NCBI GenBank assembly: GCA_963674965.2
Contig: CAXXFL010000007.1
Span: 704,001 to 768,000, forward strand
Reading direction: 5' to 3'
DNA: 64,000 nt
From: a bacterium
GTDB taxonomy: Bacteria; RBG-13-61-14; DATKZS01
Both the position numbers and the translations under genes were made by a program. This document shows positions 21,919-31,121 of the stretch, in pieces. How positions within the stretch are numbered: the stretch's first letter is position 1; the number at the start of each line of letters is the position of its first letter. Under the pieces are notes generated by a model. That model worked only from the letters and a program-made list of their open reading frames with translations, searched no databases and was not told the origin of the DNA.

Positions 21919-24900
21919 CTATTGTTTTCCCGCCAGCCTGGCCATGGCCATCTGGGCGCTTTCCTTGACCTTGGTTTCCTTTTCCTTGGAAAAGGGCGCG
22001 ATGGACTTTTTGGCCTTGCCCGAGCCGATCTTGCCCAGGGCGTCGATGATGTTGGATTTCATTCTGGGCGACCGATAGGATTTGACGGTTTTAAGCCTGC
22101 TTAAAAGTCCTTTGCCGGCCTCGGCCTCGAGGACCGCGATAAGGGCGTCCTCCACGGCCCCCCGCGAGGCAAGGACGCGGTTGCCGGCCTTGGCCACCAC
22201 CTCGCAGGCGGCCGTGATCACGCCGTCATCCTCGGCGGTGGGCTCGCTCTCGGGAGGCGTCTCGATAAGCTCGACCACTTTGGACAGGGTCTCGTCGCCG
22301 ATCTTGGGGAATCGGCCCAGGATGCGAAGGGCCCTTCTCCTGGCCGAGACGTCGCCGTCGGAAAGGGCCCGAAGCAGGTAGGGCTCCGCCCCGACGCCGA
22401 AGGCCTTTACGGAATAGACCAGAATCTCCTCCCTTACCCTCGGGTGCTCGTGGGTCATGTAAGTTTCCATGCTCTCCCGCAGGGCCGGGGCCTTCATCTC
22501 GCCGAGGACCATGATAAGGTTCCGGACCAGATACCAAGGCGCGGACTCGGCCGTGATTTTCTTCACGATAATGGGCGCGGCCTTGTCGCCCATGCGGGTC
22601 AGAATCTCGCAGACAAGCCGGCGCAGGCTCCTGTCCTCGGCCTCCCCCAAAAGGTCTATGAGGGGACCGGCCGCCGCCGCTCCCGCCGCGTAGATGATGG
22701 CCGCAACCCTGTCGCGGGTCCCCTTTTCCGCCTTTTCCAGGGCCTTGGCCAGCCTTTGGAGAGACCGGGGACGGGCCAGTATGGTCATGGCCTGCCTGGC
22801 GTGATGGGACCGCTGAGGAAAGATGGCGTCCTTGGTCTTGACGTGCTCGATCATGGTCCTAAACACCAGGTCGGCCGCGTCGATCTCTCCCCTCGCCGCC
22901 AGCTCGACCACTATCCTCACGTAGCGCTCCGCGGCTATGCGATAGTCTTTTTCCGTCTGGATGTTCGAGAAGTCCGACAACCTGCGCTCGGGGTCCTGGA
23001 GGAAGAAGTCCACGAACTGCTCGAGCATGACCTGGGCCCTCAGCTCGGGCGTAAGCTCGTCGAGCGTGAATACGCTCTTTCTGTAGAGGCCGATCATGAT
23101 GGAGGAGGCCGCCTCGGGCTCCTCCACCGTCAGGCGCGCGATGACCTGCCGGAGAACCTTGCTCAGTCTCGCCAGGCTTTCCTTTTGCCCCTCCTGCCCC
23201 GCCTGGACCTGGGCAAAGGTCGCCTCGAAGGTTTCCGCCAGGTATGACGCCGCCCGGTTCAGCATGGCAACGGGCGTGGCCATGACTATCTCCTGGATAA
23301 GGTCGCTCTCCGAGACCAGGTCCTGGCCCGCCACGATAAGGTCGGCCCGCAGGAGGACCTCGGCCCGCAGGAGGCCGTCCTGTATGGCCTTGAGCGCGTC
23401 CTCCACCCGCAGCGTCAGGAGGGCCATCGGGTCCTCGGAGATGGCCTCGGCCACGATGTTCAGCCTTTTGACGTCGCCCCGCAGACGGGCAAGAGACAAA
23501 TCCACCCGGAAATCCATGGTCTTGCCGCTCTTGATCCGGTCCGACTCATGGACCGGAGTGGCGTGGAATACCCCCTCCCGAAGAAGGCCGGAAGCCAGTT
23601 CCTCGGGGGTTTCCTTGCCCGGATTGAAACGGCCAAGCCTGACGATGAACTGGCGGAAGGCGTCCTCCGACAGGAAGCGGCGGAACTGGAGGCCAACGAG
23701 GCTCTTGTCCTCGAAAACCCCGACCAGCTTGACCGCCAGGGCGTCGAAACGGTCGGGCGGCATCTCGTTCTTGAGGTTGATCGGGCCCTCCACGTCCCCG
23801 TCCAGCATGTACTCCCGGACCGCTCCCGCGCTGCGAACGTATATTACTATCTCGTCCCGCCCCGCCATCACCGTCTTGAAGTCCTCGTAGAGAGCGCCCA
23901 GGATTTTATCGCCCTTGGGACCGTAGGCCTCCTCTGGAGTGACGATGAGCCGCAGCATCTTCTGGAGAAGATCGCTCAGCGCCACCAGGTCGTTGCCCGT
24001 GATCCTCTTGTCCAACTCGGACGCCTCTTCACCCGGGGCGGGGGTCTCATCGGCCTCCGTCTCCGGGCCGGGAGGGGCCTCCTCCTCGTCGGGAAACGGC
24101 GGTAGTTCGTCATCGATGGACGCTTCCTCGGCGGACGGCGGCTCGGGAGGAATTTCCTCGCCAAGGTCAGGCGGCTCGGACGGCCCCGGTATTTCCGGCG
24201 GCGCCTCCATCGCCGCTTCCGCCGGCTCTTCATCCAGGGTATCTGGAGGGGGAGCCTCCTCATCTTCCGGCTCCTCGGGCATGGAAGCAACCGGGGCTTC
24301 CTCCTCGTCTGGAAGGTCGGGAGGCAGGTCGTCTTCCACTATGCCCGGAGCTTCCGCCTCCATCTCCGCTTCCATGTCCGCCTGCACGTCGAGCGACGTG
24401 TCGGCCATGGCCGTGCTTTCGTCGGGCGGCGCGGGTTTCGAGTCGAGGGCGGAGCCGAAATTGAAGTCCAGGCCCTCGTCCGATCCATCGCCGAATTCGA
24501 GGGGAGGCGCGGGTGGAGGCGAATAGTCCTCGGCCAGCGGCGGGATATCATCTTCATCGTGATCGAGGTCGGGAAGCTCGTCCTCCTTCTCCAGGCCGTC
24601 TTCTTCCCCCGAGGGATCGGGAGGCGAGGAAGGCTCGTCCAAAAGGCCGTCCATCGCGTCTTCTTCAGCGGAAAGGCCGTCGGAGGAAATCTCCGCCTTT
24701 GATTCTTCCTCCTCGTCGCCCATGGCAATTTCCAGGCCCTCGAGTTTCTCGTCGATTAGGGCGGCGCCGTCTTCCAGGTCGGGGGCCTCAATATCCTCGG
24801 TCCCCCCCTCGAGGCCGGCCTCATCCGAGGACGGCTCCACCCCGCCCGGCTCGGCCGGGGGCTCGGCGCTTAGCTCATCGTCCGGGGGAGGAGCGGGCTC

Positions 24901-25407
24901 GACCAAAGGCTCGTCCGGCGGCTCGTCGGGAAGCTCGATCTCGATGTCGTCCAGAAAATCCTCGGTTTCCTCTTTTTTCTCCGGCTTGGATGGCGGAGGC
25001 GGAGGTGGCGGAGGTGGAGGAGGTGGAGGTGGCGGAGGCGAGACTTTTTTGGGCTTTGCGGCCTCTTCCTCCTCCTGGGCGGCCGTGTCCTCGCCCTTGA
25101 TCGATACTATCAGTTTGGACAGTCGTTTCTGAGTAAAATTCAGCCACCTGACGCCATAGGTATTGGAAGCCCCGCCTTCCCCGGTACTTACAAGTTGAAT
25201 AACCTCGGCCACGATCTCGACCGGCTTGACCCGCTCGGGTATGCCAAAGGCCAGGATAATCCTGTCGCCCTCCTTTAAGTCTTTTTTCGACTTAAGGGTC
25301 ATCCTGCCCTTGGAAAAGGTCGTCCTCGCCGCCTTGGCGAAGGCGTCTATGCTTTTGTACTTAAGGGCAATTTTTGTAAAATCAGGTTTACTCTCGGCGG
25401 CGGCCAT
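21919..25407 (-). CDS. Large protein: N-terminal PilZ-like domain, acidic/Pro-rich linker, C-terminal HEAT repeats
   Basis: N-terminal FSKGRM...AEVI...YGVRW; 16-Pro run; WYLVRNL, HPRVREE HEAT-like motifs. Confidence 0.7.
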   Translation of the reverse strand: MAAAESKPDFTKIALKYKSIDAFAKAARTTFSKGRMTLKSKKDLKEGDRIILAFGIPERVKPVEIVAEVIQLVSTGEGGASNTYGVRWLNFTQKRLSKLIVSIKGEDTAAQEEEEAAKPKKVSPPPPPPPPPPPPPPPPSKPEKKEETEDFLDDIEIELPDEPPDEPLVEPAPPPDDELSAEPPAEPGGVEPSSDEAGLEGGTEDIEAPDLEDGAALIDEKLEGLEIAMGDEEEESKAEISSDGLSAEEDAMDGLLDEPSSPPDPSGEEDGLEKEDELPDLDHDEDDIPPLAEDYSPPPAPPLEFGDGSDEGLDFNFGSALDSKPAPPDESTAMADTSLDVQADMEAEMEAEAPGIVEDDLPPDLPDEEEAPVASMPEEPEDEEAPPPDTLDEEPAEAAMEAPPEIPGPSEPPDLGEEIPPEPPSAEEASIDDELPPFPDEEEAPPGPETEADETPAPGEEASELDKRITGNDLVALSDLLQKMLRLIVTPEEAYGPKGDKILGALYEDFKTVMAGRDEIVIYVRSAGAVREYMLDGDVEGPINLKNEMPPDRFDALAVKLVGVFEDKSLVGLQFRRFLSEDAFRQFIVRLGRFNPGKETPEELASGLLREGVFHATPVHESDRIKSGKTMDFRVDLSLARLRGDVKRLNIVAEAISEDPMALLTLRVEDALKAIQDGLLRAEVLLRADLIVAGQDLVSESDLIQEIVMATPVAMLNRAASYLAETFEATFAQVQAGQEGQKESLARLSKVLRQVIARLTVEEPEAASSIMIGLYRKSVFTLDELTPELRAQVMLEQFVDFFLQDPERRLSDFSNIQTEKDYRIAAERYVRIVVELAARGEIDAADLVFRTMIEHVKTKDAIFPQRSHHARQAMTILARPRSLQRLAKALEKAEKGTRDRVAAIIYAAGAAAAGPLIDLLGEAEDRSLRRLVCEILTRMGDKAAPIIVKKITAESAPWYLVRNLIMVLGEMKAPALRESMETYMTHEHPRVREEILVYSVKAFGVGAEPYLLRALSDGDVSARRRALRILGRFPKIGDETLSKVVELIETPPESEPTAEDDGVITAACEVVAKAGNRVLASRGAVEDALIAVLEAEAGKGLLSRLKTVKSYRSPRMKSNIIDALGKIGSGKAKKSIAPFSKEKETKVKESAQMAMARLAGKQ

Positions 25408-25545
25408 TTTCCTACCTCATAATCACAATCTTTAATTATATCTTATTATTTCGGGCTTTAACAAATTGAAAAGTCAAAGTCAGCGCGGCCTTGGTCGTCA
25501 AGGGTAAAGCCCAAAGCCGAAAAGTCAAGCTTCAAGGCTTATTAT

Positions 25546-25973
25546 GGACTTCCCCCATTTTGAAAAACTTGAGACGTACGGCTCGTGGCGGTCTGTAAAC
25601 AAATCGAGGGCCAAAGCCTGAAGGGCTTTAAATATGAATAGCCGTAGGCGCCAGCCTACGGGAGGCGTGGCCGGCAATTTCTTCCCCGTCCCCGAAGGGT
25701 GCTTACCTTGCCGGGCGTAGGAAATACACGTCGCCGAGGGTCCGGCCCGTTCAGTGCCGAAGAATCTTTTAATAGCCATCCTTTCCTTAGGCTCTGGCCT
25801 ACGGCTACTCAAATTCCCCCCCTTCGGGGGAGGACGGTCGCTTCCGTTTCAGCGGCGTCGGCGGCCGGTCGCGCGAGGAGAGAAGCGAGGATCGATTTTC
25901 ACTTCGCTCGACGGACAACTTGCCGATGCAAAAAGGAACCAAGAGTGAATCGGTCAGAATTGGGGGAAGTTCC
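25546..25973. other. 428-bp IR-bounded non-coding element (MITE-like or structured RNA)
   Basis: Imperfect terminal IRs GGACTTCCCCCATTTTGA / TCAGAATTGGGGGAAGTTCC, flanking TTAT direct repeat, internal 175-nt rod hairpin. Confidence 0.45.
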
Positions 25974-26015
25974 TTATGTAGTCATAACGCCGGAAATAGA
26001 GTTTTCGTCCGTACA

Positions 26016-27155
26016 CTACCCTCCCGCGGCGGCGTTTTCCTTCAGCATCTCGGCGAAGGCCTCGACCCTCGTCTTGACCGGCTCGAGGCTGGCCACTCGG
26101 AAGTCGGTCTCGATCACGAGCATGGGTATGCCCTTTTTATCGAGTTCCTCCTTGATCCCCGGATAATCGATCTCCGCGATCTCGCAGAACTTCTGGACCA
26201 GGAAAATGGCGCCGTCGGCTTTAAGCTCCTCCACCCTCCGGATAAGGTAGGAGGCCCGGTTGTCGTTCTCATCCCAAATGCCGGAGAAGGGAAGGGAGCA
26301 AAGCTGCCTTTTGACCAGGGCGGTCCAGGGGTTTTCATCCTCGGCGACGCTTCTTTCCACCCATCTTCCTCCAATCACGAGGTGATCCTCGATAATGGAG
26401 ACGTCGGATTTCTCGATTATGCCTATAAGCTCGGCCGGCTCGGGTATCTTTCCCGCCACCACCACGCGCGGGCCGCCGTTCGCCTTTGCTTGTCCGATGC
26501 CATCCACGGCCTGGGACAGCATCTCCAGGCTTTTCTCGGGGGGAAGCACCATGGCTGCCCTGACCAGGTCGAAGTACTCGCTGGGAGTGATTCCATCCTT
26601 GCCCTGCCTTAGAGCGTCCCGCGCCTTTTGCAGGGCTGACCTTACCTGGTTGTACAGCTTGACGCTGTTGGATAGTATCTCGTCCGTGATCTGGACACCG
26701 GTGTATTTCGAGAGCGAGGCCGCGAGCCTTTCCAACTCCTTGAGATAATATTTCTCCACGCCGTCGGCGTTTACCCTTCTGGGGATTCGGAGGCAGTCGT
26801 AATACTCGATACTGTCCATGAACTTGAAAATAAGGTCCATGCACCTGGTGGTGTCGCACGCGTAGGGGATAATGACGCCGTCGATGAAATCGAGCTCGCC
26901 TCCCTCGGCCAGCTCGACAACTCCCCTCGAGTAGGAACAGGCGAACCCCTGCATGTGCTTGTCGGCCAGGTTAAAGGCGACTTCCTTGCCCAGGAGAGTC
27001 ACCGGGATGGCCCCCGCCGCGTGCACGAGCTCGGGCGGAACGTCGGTCAGAACGAGACCTATGGCCTTTTTGCCGCTCTCGTTCTTTATTGCCTTGATAG
27101 AGTCCTCGGGCTTTCGCCAGGCGGACCTTATTTGCTCCTTCAGACCTTCTTTCAC
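26016..27155 (-). CDS. 2-hydroxyacyl-CoA dehydratase / benzoyl-CoA reductase subunit (HGD-D family)
   Basis: VPPELVHAAG, FACSYSR, ACDTTRC, KFCE, KTRVEAFAEM. Confidence 0.88.
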   Translation of the reverse strand: MKEGLKEQIRSAWRKPEDSIKAIKNESGKKAIGLVLTDVPPELVHAAGAIPVTLLGKEVAFNLADKHMQGFACSYSRGVVELAEGGELDFIDGVIIPYACDTTRCMDLIFKFMDSIEYYDCLRIPRRVNADGVEKYYLKELERLAASLSKYTGVQITDEILSNSVKLYNQVRSALQKARDALRQGKDGITPSEYFDLVRAAMVLPPEKSLEMLSQAVDGIGQAKANGGPRVVVAGKIPEPAELIGIIEKSDVSIIEDHLVIGGRWVERSVAEDENPWTALVKRQLCSLPFSGIWDENDNRASYLIRRVEELKADGAIFLVQKFCEIAEIDYPGIKEELDKKGIPMLVIETDFRVASLEPVKTRVEAFAEMLKENAAAGG

Positions 27156-27176
27156 TTAATACCTCCCATTCGAGAA

Positions 27177-28070
27177 TTATGTAAACTTCACCGGCCATTT
27201 CGGCTCGAGGACCTCGGCCACGGCCGCTCCCTTCAAGGTTTTTCCCCCCATCTCGATCTCTTCGAGACGGAGGTTTCCGAACTTGGCGCCCACGTATACC
27301 TTTCCCGACTCCGCGCAGAACTCTCCCGACGTAAGCAGGCATGGCGCCGAGTCGTCGGGCACGGCCCACCATATTTTGACTTTTTCTTCGCCCAGGCTCG
27401 AGGACGCCCCCAAAAGGGGCCTGGTCAAGGCCCTCACCAGGTTATACGCGTCCCATGAGCTTGCTTTCCAGTCGATAAAGGACGATCCCTCATCCACCGG
27501 CCCCAGCGTCGCGTCCGGGTTTATGGCGAAATCTTCGGCGCCTTCCTGGTGGCCGCCAAGAAGGCTCGCCTCCTCGAGCAGGGGCAGGGTCGCGTCGGCC
27601 AGCTTTTTGTAAAGCCTGGCCGTCGCGTCGTCTTTGCCTATCCATATCGAGTTGGCCCCCATCACGCGGGCGGAGCCGTCCAGCTGATATTGGAAGAGGG
27701 TCACGCCCGTCTTTCTTTCGCCCTTGATGATGGTCCAGGGCACGGAGTCGCGCCCGAAGAATTCGGGTTTTATCGCCGGATGAGCCACGAAGAAACCATC
27801 CCCCGCGGCCTCGGCCATTTCCCTCGATACGACCTCGGGGAAATCCAGGGCGAAGACCATTTCCGAGCCGGACACGAGACCCCCGGCGTCGGCTGGGGCC
27901 ATGGACGGCGAAGACTCGGCCTCGATCCCCTTGCCGGAGCAGAATTCGAGCACGGGGACGAGATCGCCTTGCTCGCGAGTCACCACGAGCGAGACCTCTA
28001 TACCCCTTCGAAGAAGGGCCCTAAGGCCCGAGACGCCAACGTCGCCGTTGGCAAAAACAACGGTCTTCAA
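27177..28070 (-). CDS. Formyltransferase-fold protein (Fmt / ArnA N-terminal-like), divergent
   Basis: MKTVVFA..VG..L, HP..P..G..WTI..GE..TGVT, IDW..YNLVRALT.P. Confidence 0.7.
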   Translation of the reverse strand: MKTVVFANGDVGVSGLRALLRRGIEVSLVVTREQGDLVPVLEFCSGKGIEAESSPSMAPADAGGLVSGSEMVFALDFPEVVSREMAEAAGDGFFVAHPAIKPEFFGRDSVPWTIIKGERKTGVTLFQYQLDGSARVMGANSIWIGKDDATARLYKKLADATLPLLEEASLLGGHQEGAEDFAINPDATLGPVDEGSSFIDWKASSWDAYNLVRALTRPLLGASSSLGEEKVKIWWAVPDDSAPCLLTSGEFCAESGKVYVGAKFGNLRLEEIEMGGKTLKGAAVAEVLEPKWPVKFT

Positions 28071-28136
28071 ATTATTTTTTCCCTCGCCCTTTGCCAGGGC
28101 CTCAAAATAGCCGCGTCACGCGCGGCGTTACACCTT

Positions 28137-28559
28137 TCAACATTCCTTTTTACGGGTCCGCTCGCCGGGGGCCTTGGGTTTGTCCACGATGGTCTCGAAG
28201 CCCCTCTTGTTCCAGGCCGTCATTCCGCCCTTCAGCGAGAACGTGTCGCCCCCGAGATAATCGAGCATTCCCAGCGCCGCCAGGGACCTTATGCCCCGCT
28301 TGCAGACGAAAACGATCTTACCCTCGCGTCCCTTAATAAGTTCCGGCCCTTCTTGCCTGACTCGCTTAAGGGGAAGGAGTATGGCGCCGGGAATCCTTCC
28401 TTCCGTCCCCTCGTATTCATTTTTCGTTCTCACGTCAATGACGAGCGAGGTCTCGCCGGCCGCCATCCATCGGTGAAGTCCGTCAACGTCGACAACCTTG
28501 CGCCTCAGGGAGCGCAATCTTAGAAACCACGGCCATACCGACGATCCGGTTTTTTTCAC
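28137..28559 (-). CDS. Rhodanese-domain protein
   Basis: IDVRT..EY..GRIPGA, active-site loop CKRGIRS, LKGGMTAW. Confidence 0.85.
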   Translation of the reverse strand: MKKTGSSVWPWFLRLRSLRRKVVDVDGLHRWMAAGETSLVIDVRTKNEYEGTEGRIPGAILLPLKRVRQEGPELIKGREGKIVFVCKRGIRSLAALGMLDYLGGDTFSLKGGMTAWNKRGFETIVDKPKAPGERTRKKEC

Positions 28560-29119
28560 GATAGGTCCTTTGGCCCCCGATCGGGCCTTTACGAATTATA
28601 GACCATTTTTCATGGCCGGTAAAAATCAAGTTGAGGACGGGGCAGCGAAAAACGGCGTGTCGTCCGGATGGCCCACCGGCCTCGGGATTTGATGGCGTTG
28701 GAAGAAAATCCCTTTGCCGACTCTCGGAGCCGATCTATTATCTTGCCGGCGCCGCCTTGGAAATCGTAAAGCGCGCTTATGGCGCGCGGAAAAAGAATCG
28801 ATTACCCGAGAAGTTTTGCAAGGGAACAAGCTGGACTTTCCACTTGGTTTGGGTCCGTCGAAACAAGGGAGATTATACCCCCACATGCACTGGATCCGGC
28901 AAAACCGCAGAATTTTCTTGCGGGCTAAGAGTGGAGCGTCTTGGGGATGGTCCCAAAAGGCCGCGTTGTTTTCCAATGTTCCCTTGTATTATAAGGGGCT
29001 ATTTTTTCTCGCGTTTTAAAAAAGATGATTATCCATTCGGTCAAAGGCGCGGCTTATTTTTCTAACCGTCCGGTATAATTATATTTTCCTCTTGAGAGGA
29101 ATTTAAAAAAAATATGCCA

Positions 29120-29158
29120 AGGGACTTGACAAGGTAATGTCCCTGTGTTAAATAGAAT
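29120..29158 (+). promoter_or_regulatory. Putative promoter/operator of the RiPP precursor
   Basis: TTGACA at 29126-29131 inside palindrome AGGGAC-N13-GTCCCT; AT-rich -10 candidates at 29148-29158. Confidence 0.45.
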
Positions 29159-29204
29159 GTAAGAATCCGTATTGGATTCTCAAAAACTTTTAAGGAGGGA
29201 AACA

Positions 29205-29291
29205 ATGGAGTACACGACACCGACACTGAAAGAGCATGGAAAGCTGAAAACAACCGCCGCTGAGTCCACCACGGTAACCTACTACTGGTAA
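29205..29291 (+). CDS. RiPP precursor peptide, 28 aa: MEYTTPTLKEHGKLKTTAAESTTVTYYW
   Basis: Below ORF-track cutoff; strong RBS AAGGAGG just upstream; lasso-type leader YxxPxLxxxG...T; nearest upstream ORF to the RRE gene. Confidence 0.9.
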   Translation: MEYTTPTLKEHGKLKTTAAESTTVTYYW

Positions 29292-29389
29292 TCGTAAGGT
29301 AGCGGCAAAAAACCGCAATGATCTGAACGGTAACTGAAAACTTATGATATAAGATCACCTTGATCGGCAGCTTGCGTTTGGACATTTAT

Positions 29390-29557
29390 AAAAGGGATGG
29401 AGCGAGATAGTAATCCTAAACCACTCTAATCCCTTTTCTTGTCCATAAGACGGTTTTCGTTACACTAAGATCGACACCGCTTGAGGCAGGTTTCCTTGCC
29501 CGGCTTATAAAGCAGAGTCAAAACTCCGCTTTCAGGCTTGGCAAGGGGCCTGCTTCA
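29390..29557 (+). terminator. Two stem-loops between precursor and maturase genes
   Basis: AAAAGGGAT..ATCCCTTTT (29390-29437) and TGAGGCAGGTTTCCTTGCC..GGCAAGGGGCCTGCTTCA (29482-29557). Confidence 0.5.
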
Positions 29558-29592
29558 TTCGGTTAAAACGACATGTATAACGGTATAATCCG

Positions 29593-29880
29593 ATGGAAAA
29601 ACAAGATATATTTCAAAAAGAAGACAGAATATCGTGGAAAAAAGTGGAGGATAACAAAAAGGTTATCATCCTTAACCTGGGCGATGGGGACTTCTTTTCG
29701 CTCGAGGACCAGGTAAGCATCATCATCTGGGAGCTATTGGTTGAAGGCAAGTCGGTCGGAGAAATACTCGAGAAACTGGCCCAGACTTTTTCGGGAGTAG
29801 AGGAAAAAAGACTCGAGGCCGACCTCGACGCTTTTCTCGAACGTCTGCTCGAAAAGAAGATCATCTGTAAAAGCGCTTGA
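29593..29880 (+). CDS. Stand-alone RiPP recognition element (PqqD / lasso B1 family)
   Basis: 95 aa; VIILN..GDFFSL....IWELL.....EI...L...F......DL..FLE.L. Confidence 0.9.
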   Translation: MEKQDIFQKEDRISWKKVEDNKKVIILNLGDGDFFSLEDQVSIIIWELLVEGKSVGEILEKLAQTFSGVEEKRLEADLDAFLERLLEKKIICKSA

Positions 29881-31001
29881 GTAATAAAGGAAAAATCACG
29901 CCGGAGGATCGGGCGAGAATCCTTCTTCCCCTGCTGTTGCCCAAATCGCATGGACAGAGAAAGGATGAAGCCGAGTCGATACTGGGACAATCCGATTGGC
30001 TCAAAGCCGTGGGTGACGTGCATCTCGAGTCCGCCTTTTTTGCCTCTTTAAACGAATGGGGCCTGCTGGATAAATTGCGGCCGGAGATAAAGTCGAAGTT
30101 GGAATCGGCTTATAACGAAAACTCCGTCCGCCTTATGATTATCCAGGACCTTTTCGCCGAGGTCATAAAGACAATAAGTCCCCTTAAAAATCCCGCTCTC
30201 CTGTTAAAAGGCATCGGTTACTCTTACGAGCTTTACTCGGACCCGGCCGCCCGCTACGTGGGAGATATCGATATCATGCTGGGTCCGGACGATACCTGGC
30301 CCGCCATAGACAAGCTCACGGAAAAAGGATACCTGCGCCTGAAGCCTCCTCCCAAGAGGGGCGGGCTTATTAATATGCTGGTCTGGGCCGTGGGACTGGG
30401 GGTCCCCTATCAGCGGATGCTTCTTAAGATGAAAGGCCCCCAGGAGGAAAAGGAGACCGTGTTCGAGGCCAAGGCCGGCGGGTTGAAATTGCTTATCGAG
30501 GTACACCACGGACTGATTAATTTGCGGCCGGGCTCGGGCAAGGAAAAGGTCTTTCACGCCGAGGCGGATACGTCTTTCTCCACGCGGCCATTAACTCTGG
30601 ACGGTATAGAGGTACAGGTGCTCGACTATGAGGACGCCTTTATCCACGCCCTAAGGCATCTGGCCCTGCATCACCGTTTCATCGGTCTTCGTTGGCATCA
30701 GGACCTTGCCCTTATGCTGATCAAATGGGGCGACAAGCTCGATCCGGACTCTCTTTACGCCAAGTTCGAGAAGACCAACTCGACAAAAATACTTCGCGTG
30801 GAATTATCCATTCTGGAAGAGCTTTTCGGGTCGTCACTGTTCAAGGACCTTGACCCAGAAAAATGGTTTAAAGGCGATCTTCCCTTCGAGTACCCCTTTT
30901 ACAGGCGGGTGGCTTTCGGCGGGAAGCGCACTCCCATGCGGGAGCTTGTCAGGACCTTGTTGGCTCCAAGCTGGAAGGAAATGATCCGGACCCTCTTCTA
31001 A
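29877..31001 (+). CDS. Nucleotidyltransferase family protein (NTP_transf_5-like)
   Basis: LLKG.....LY.DPAAR..GDIDIML, IEVH, H...H, LRW..D; start overlaps RRE stop. Confidence 0.85.
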   Translation: MSNKGKITPEDRARILLPLLLPKSHGQRKDEAESILGQSDWLKAVGDVHLESAFFASLNEWGLLDKLRPEIKSKLESAYNENSVRLMIIQDLFAEVIKTISPLKNPALLLKGIGYSYELYSDPAARYVGDIDIMLGPDDTWPAIDKLTEKGYLRLKPPPKRGGLINMLVWAVGLGVPYQRMLLKMKGPQEEKETVFEAKAGGLKLLIEVHHGLINLRPGSGKEKVFHAEADTSFSTRPLTLDGIEVQVLDYEDAFIHALRHLALHHRFIGLRWHQDLALMLIKWGDKLDPDSLYAKFEKTNSTKILRVELSILEELFGSSLFKDLDPEKWFKGDLPFEYPFYRRVAFGGKRTPMRELVRTLLAPSWKEMIRTLF

Positions 31002-31043
31002 TCCACGAGGATGGCCTCGAAAGCTTGCCGCAAAGGATGTTTT

Positions 31044-31073
31044 TTGACTAACCGATCTTAACTAAAGTACAAT
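31044..31073 (+). promoter_or_regulatory. Internal sigma70-like promoter in RiPP cluster
   Basis: TTGACT, 18-bp spacer, TACAAT ahead of the kinase gene. Confidence 0.4.
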
Positions 31074-31121
31074 ATTAACGGTTGCCGTTTGTTAAGCGCT
31101 AGAGTAGTTTTCTTTGTCGCC

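Noticed and set aside
25656-25667. CCTACGGGAGGC matches part of a conserved 16S rRNA primer site
   Set aside because: Only 12 nt; flanks are not rRNA-like
25668-25703. SAM-riboswitch-like GGCAA...GGTGC
   Set aside because: Lacks the GCAACC core and P1 AUC motif, and is not upstream of a same-strand gene
28626-29385. Short ORFs in the intergenic region upstream of the RiPP cluster as additional precursors
   Set aside because: No RBS, no YxxPxL leader, mutually overlapping; only 29205-29291 is supported
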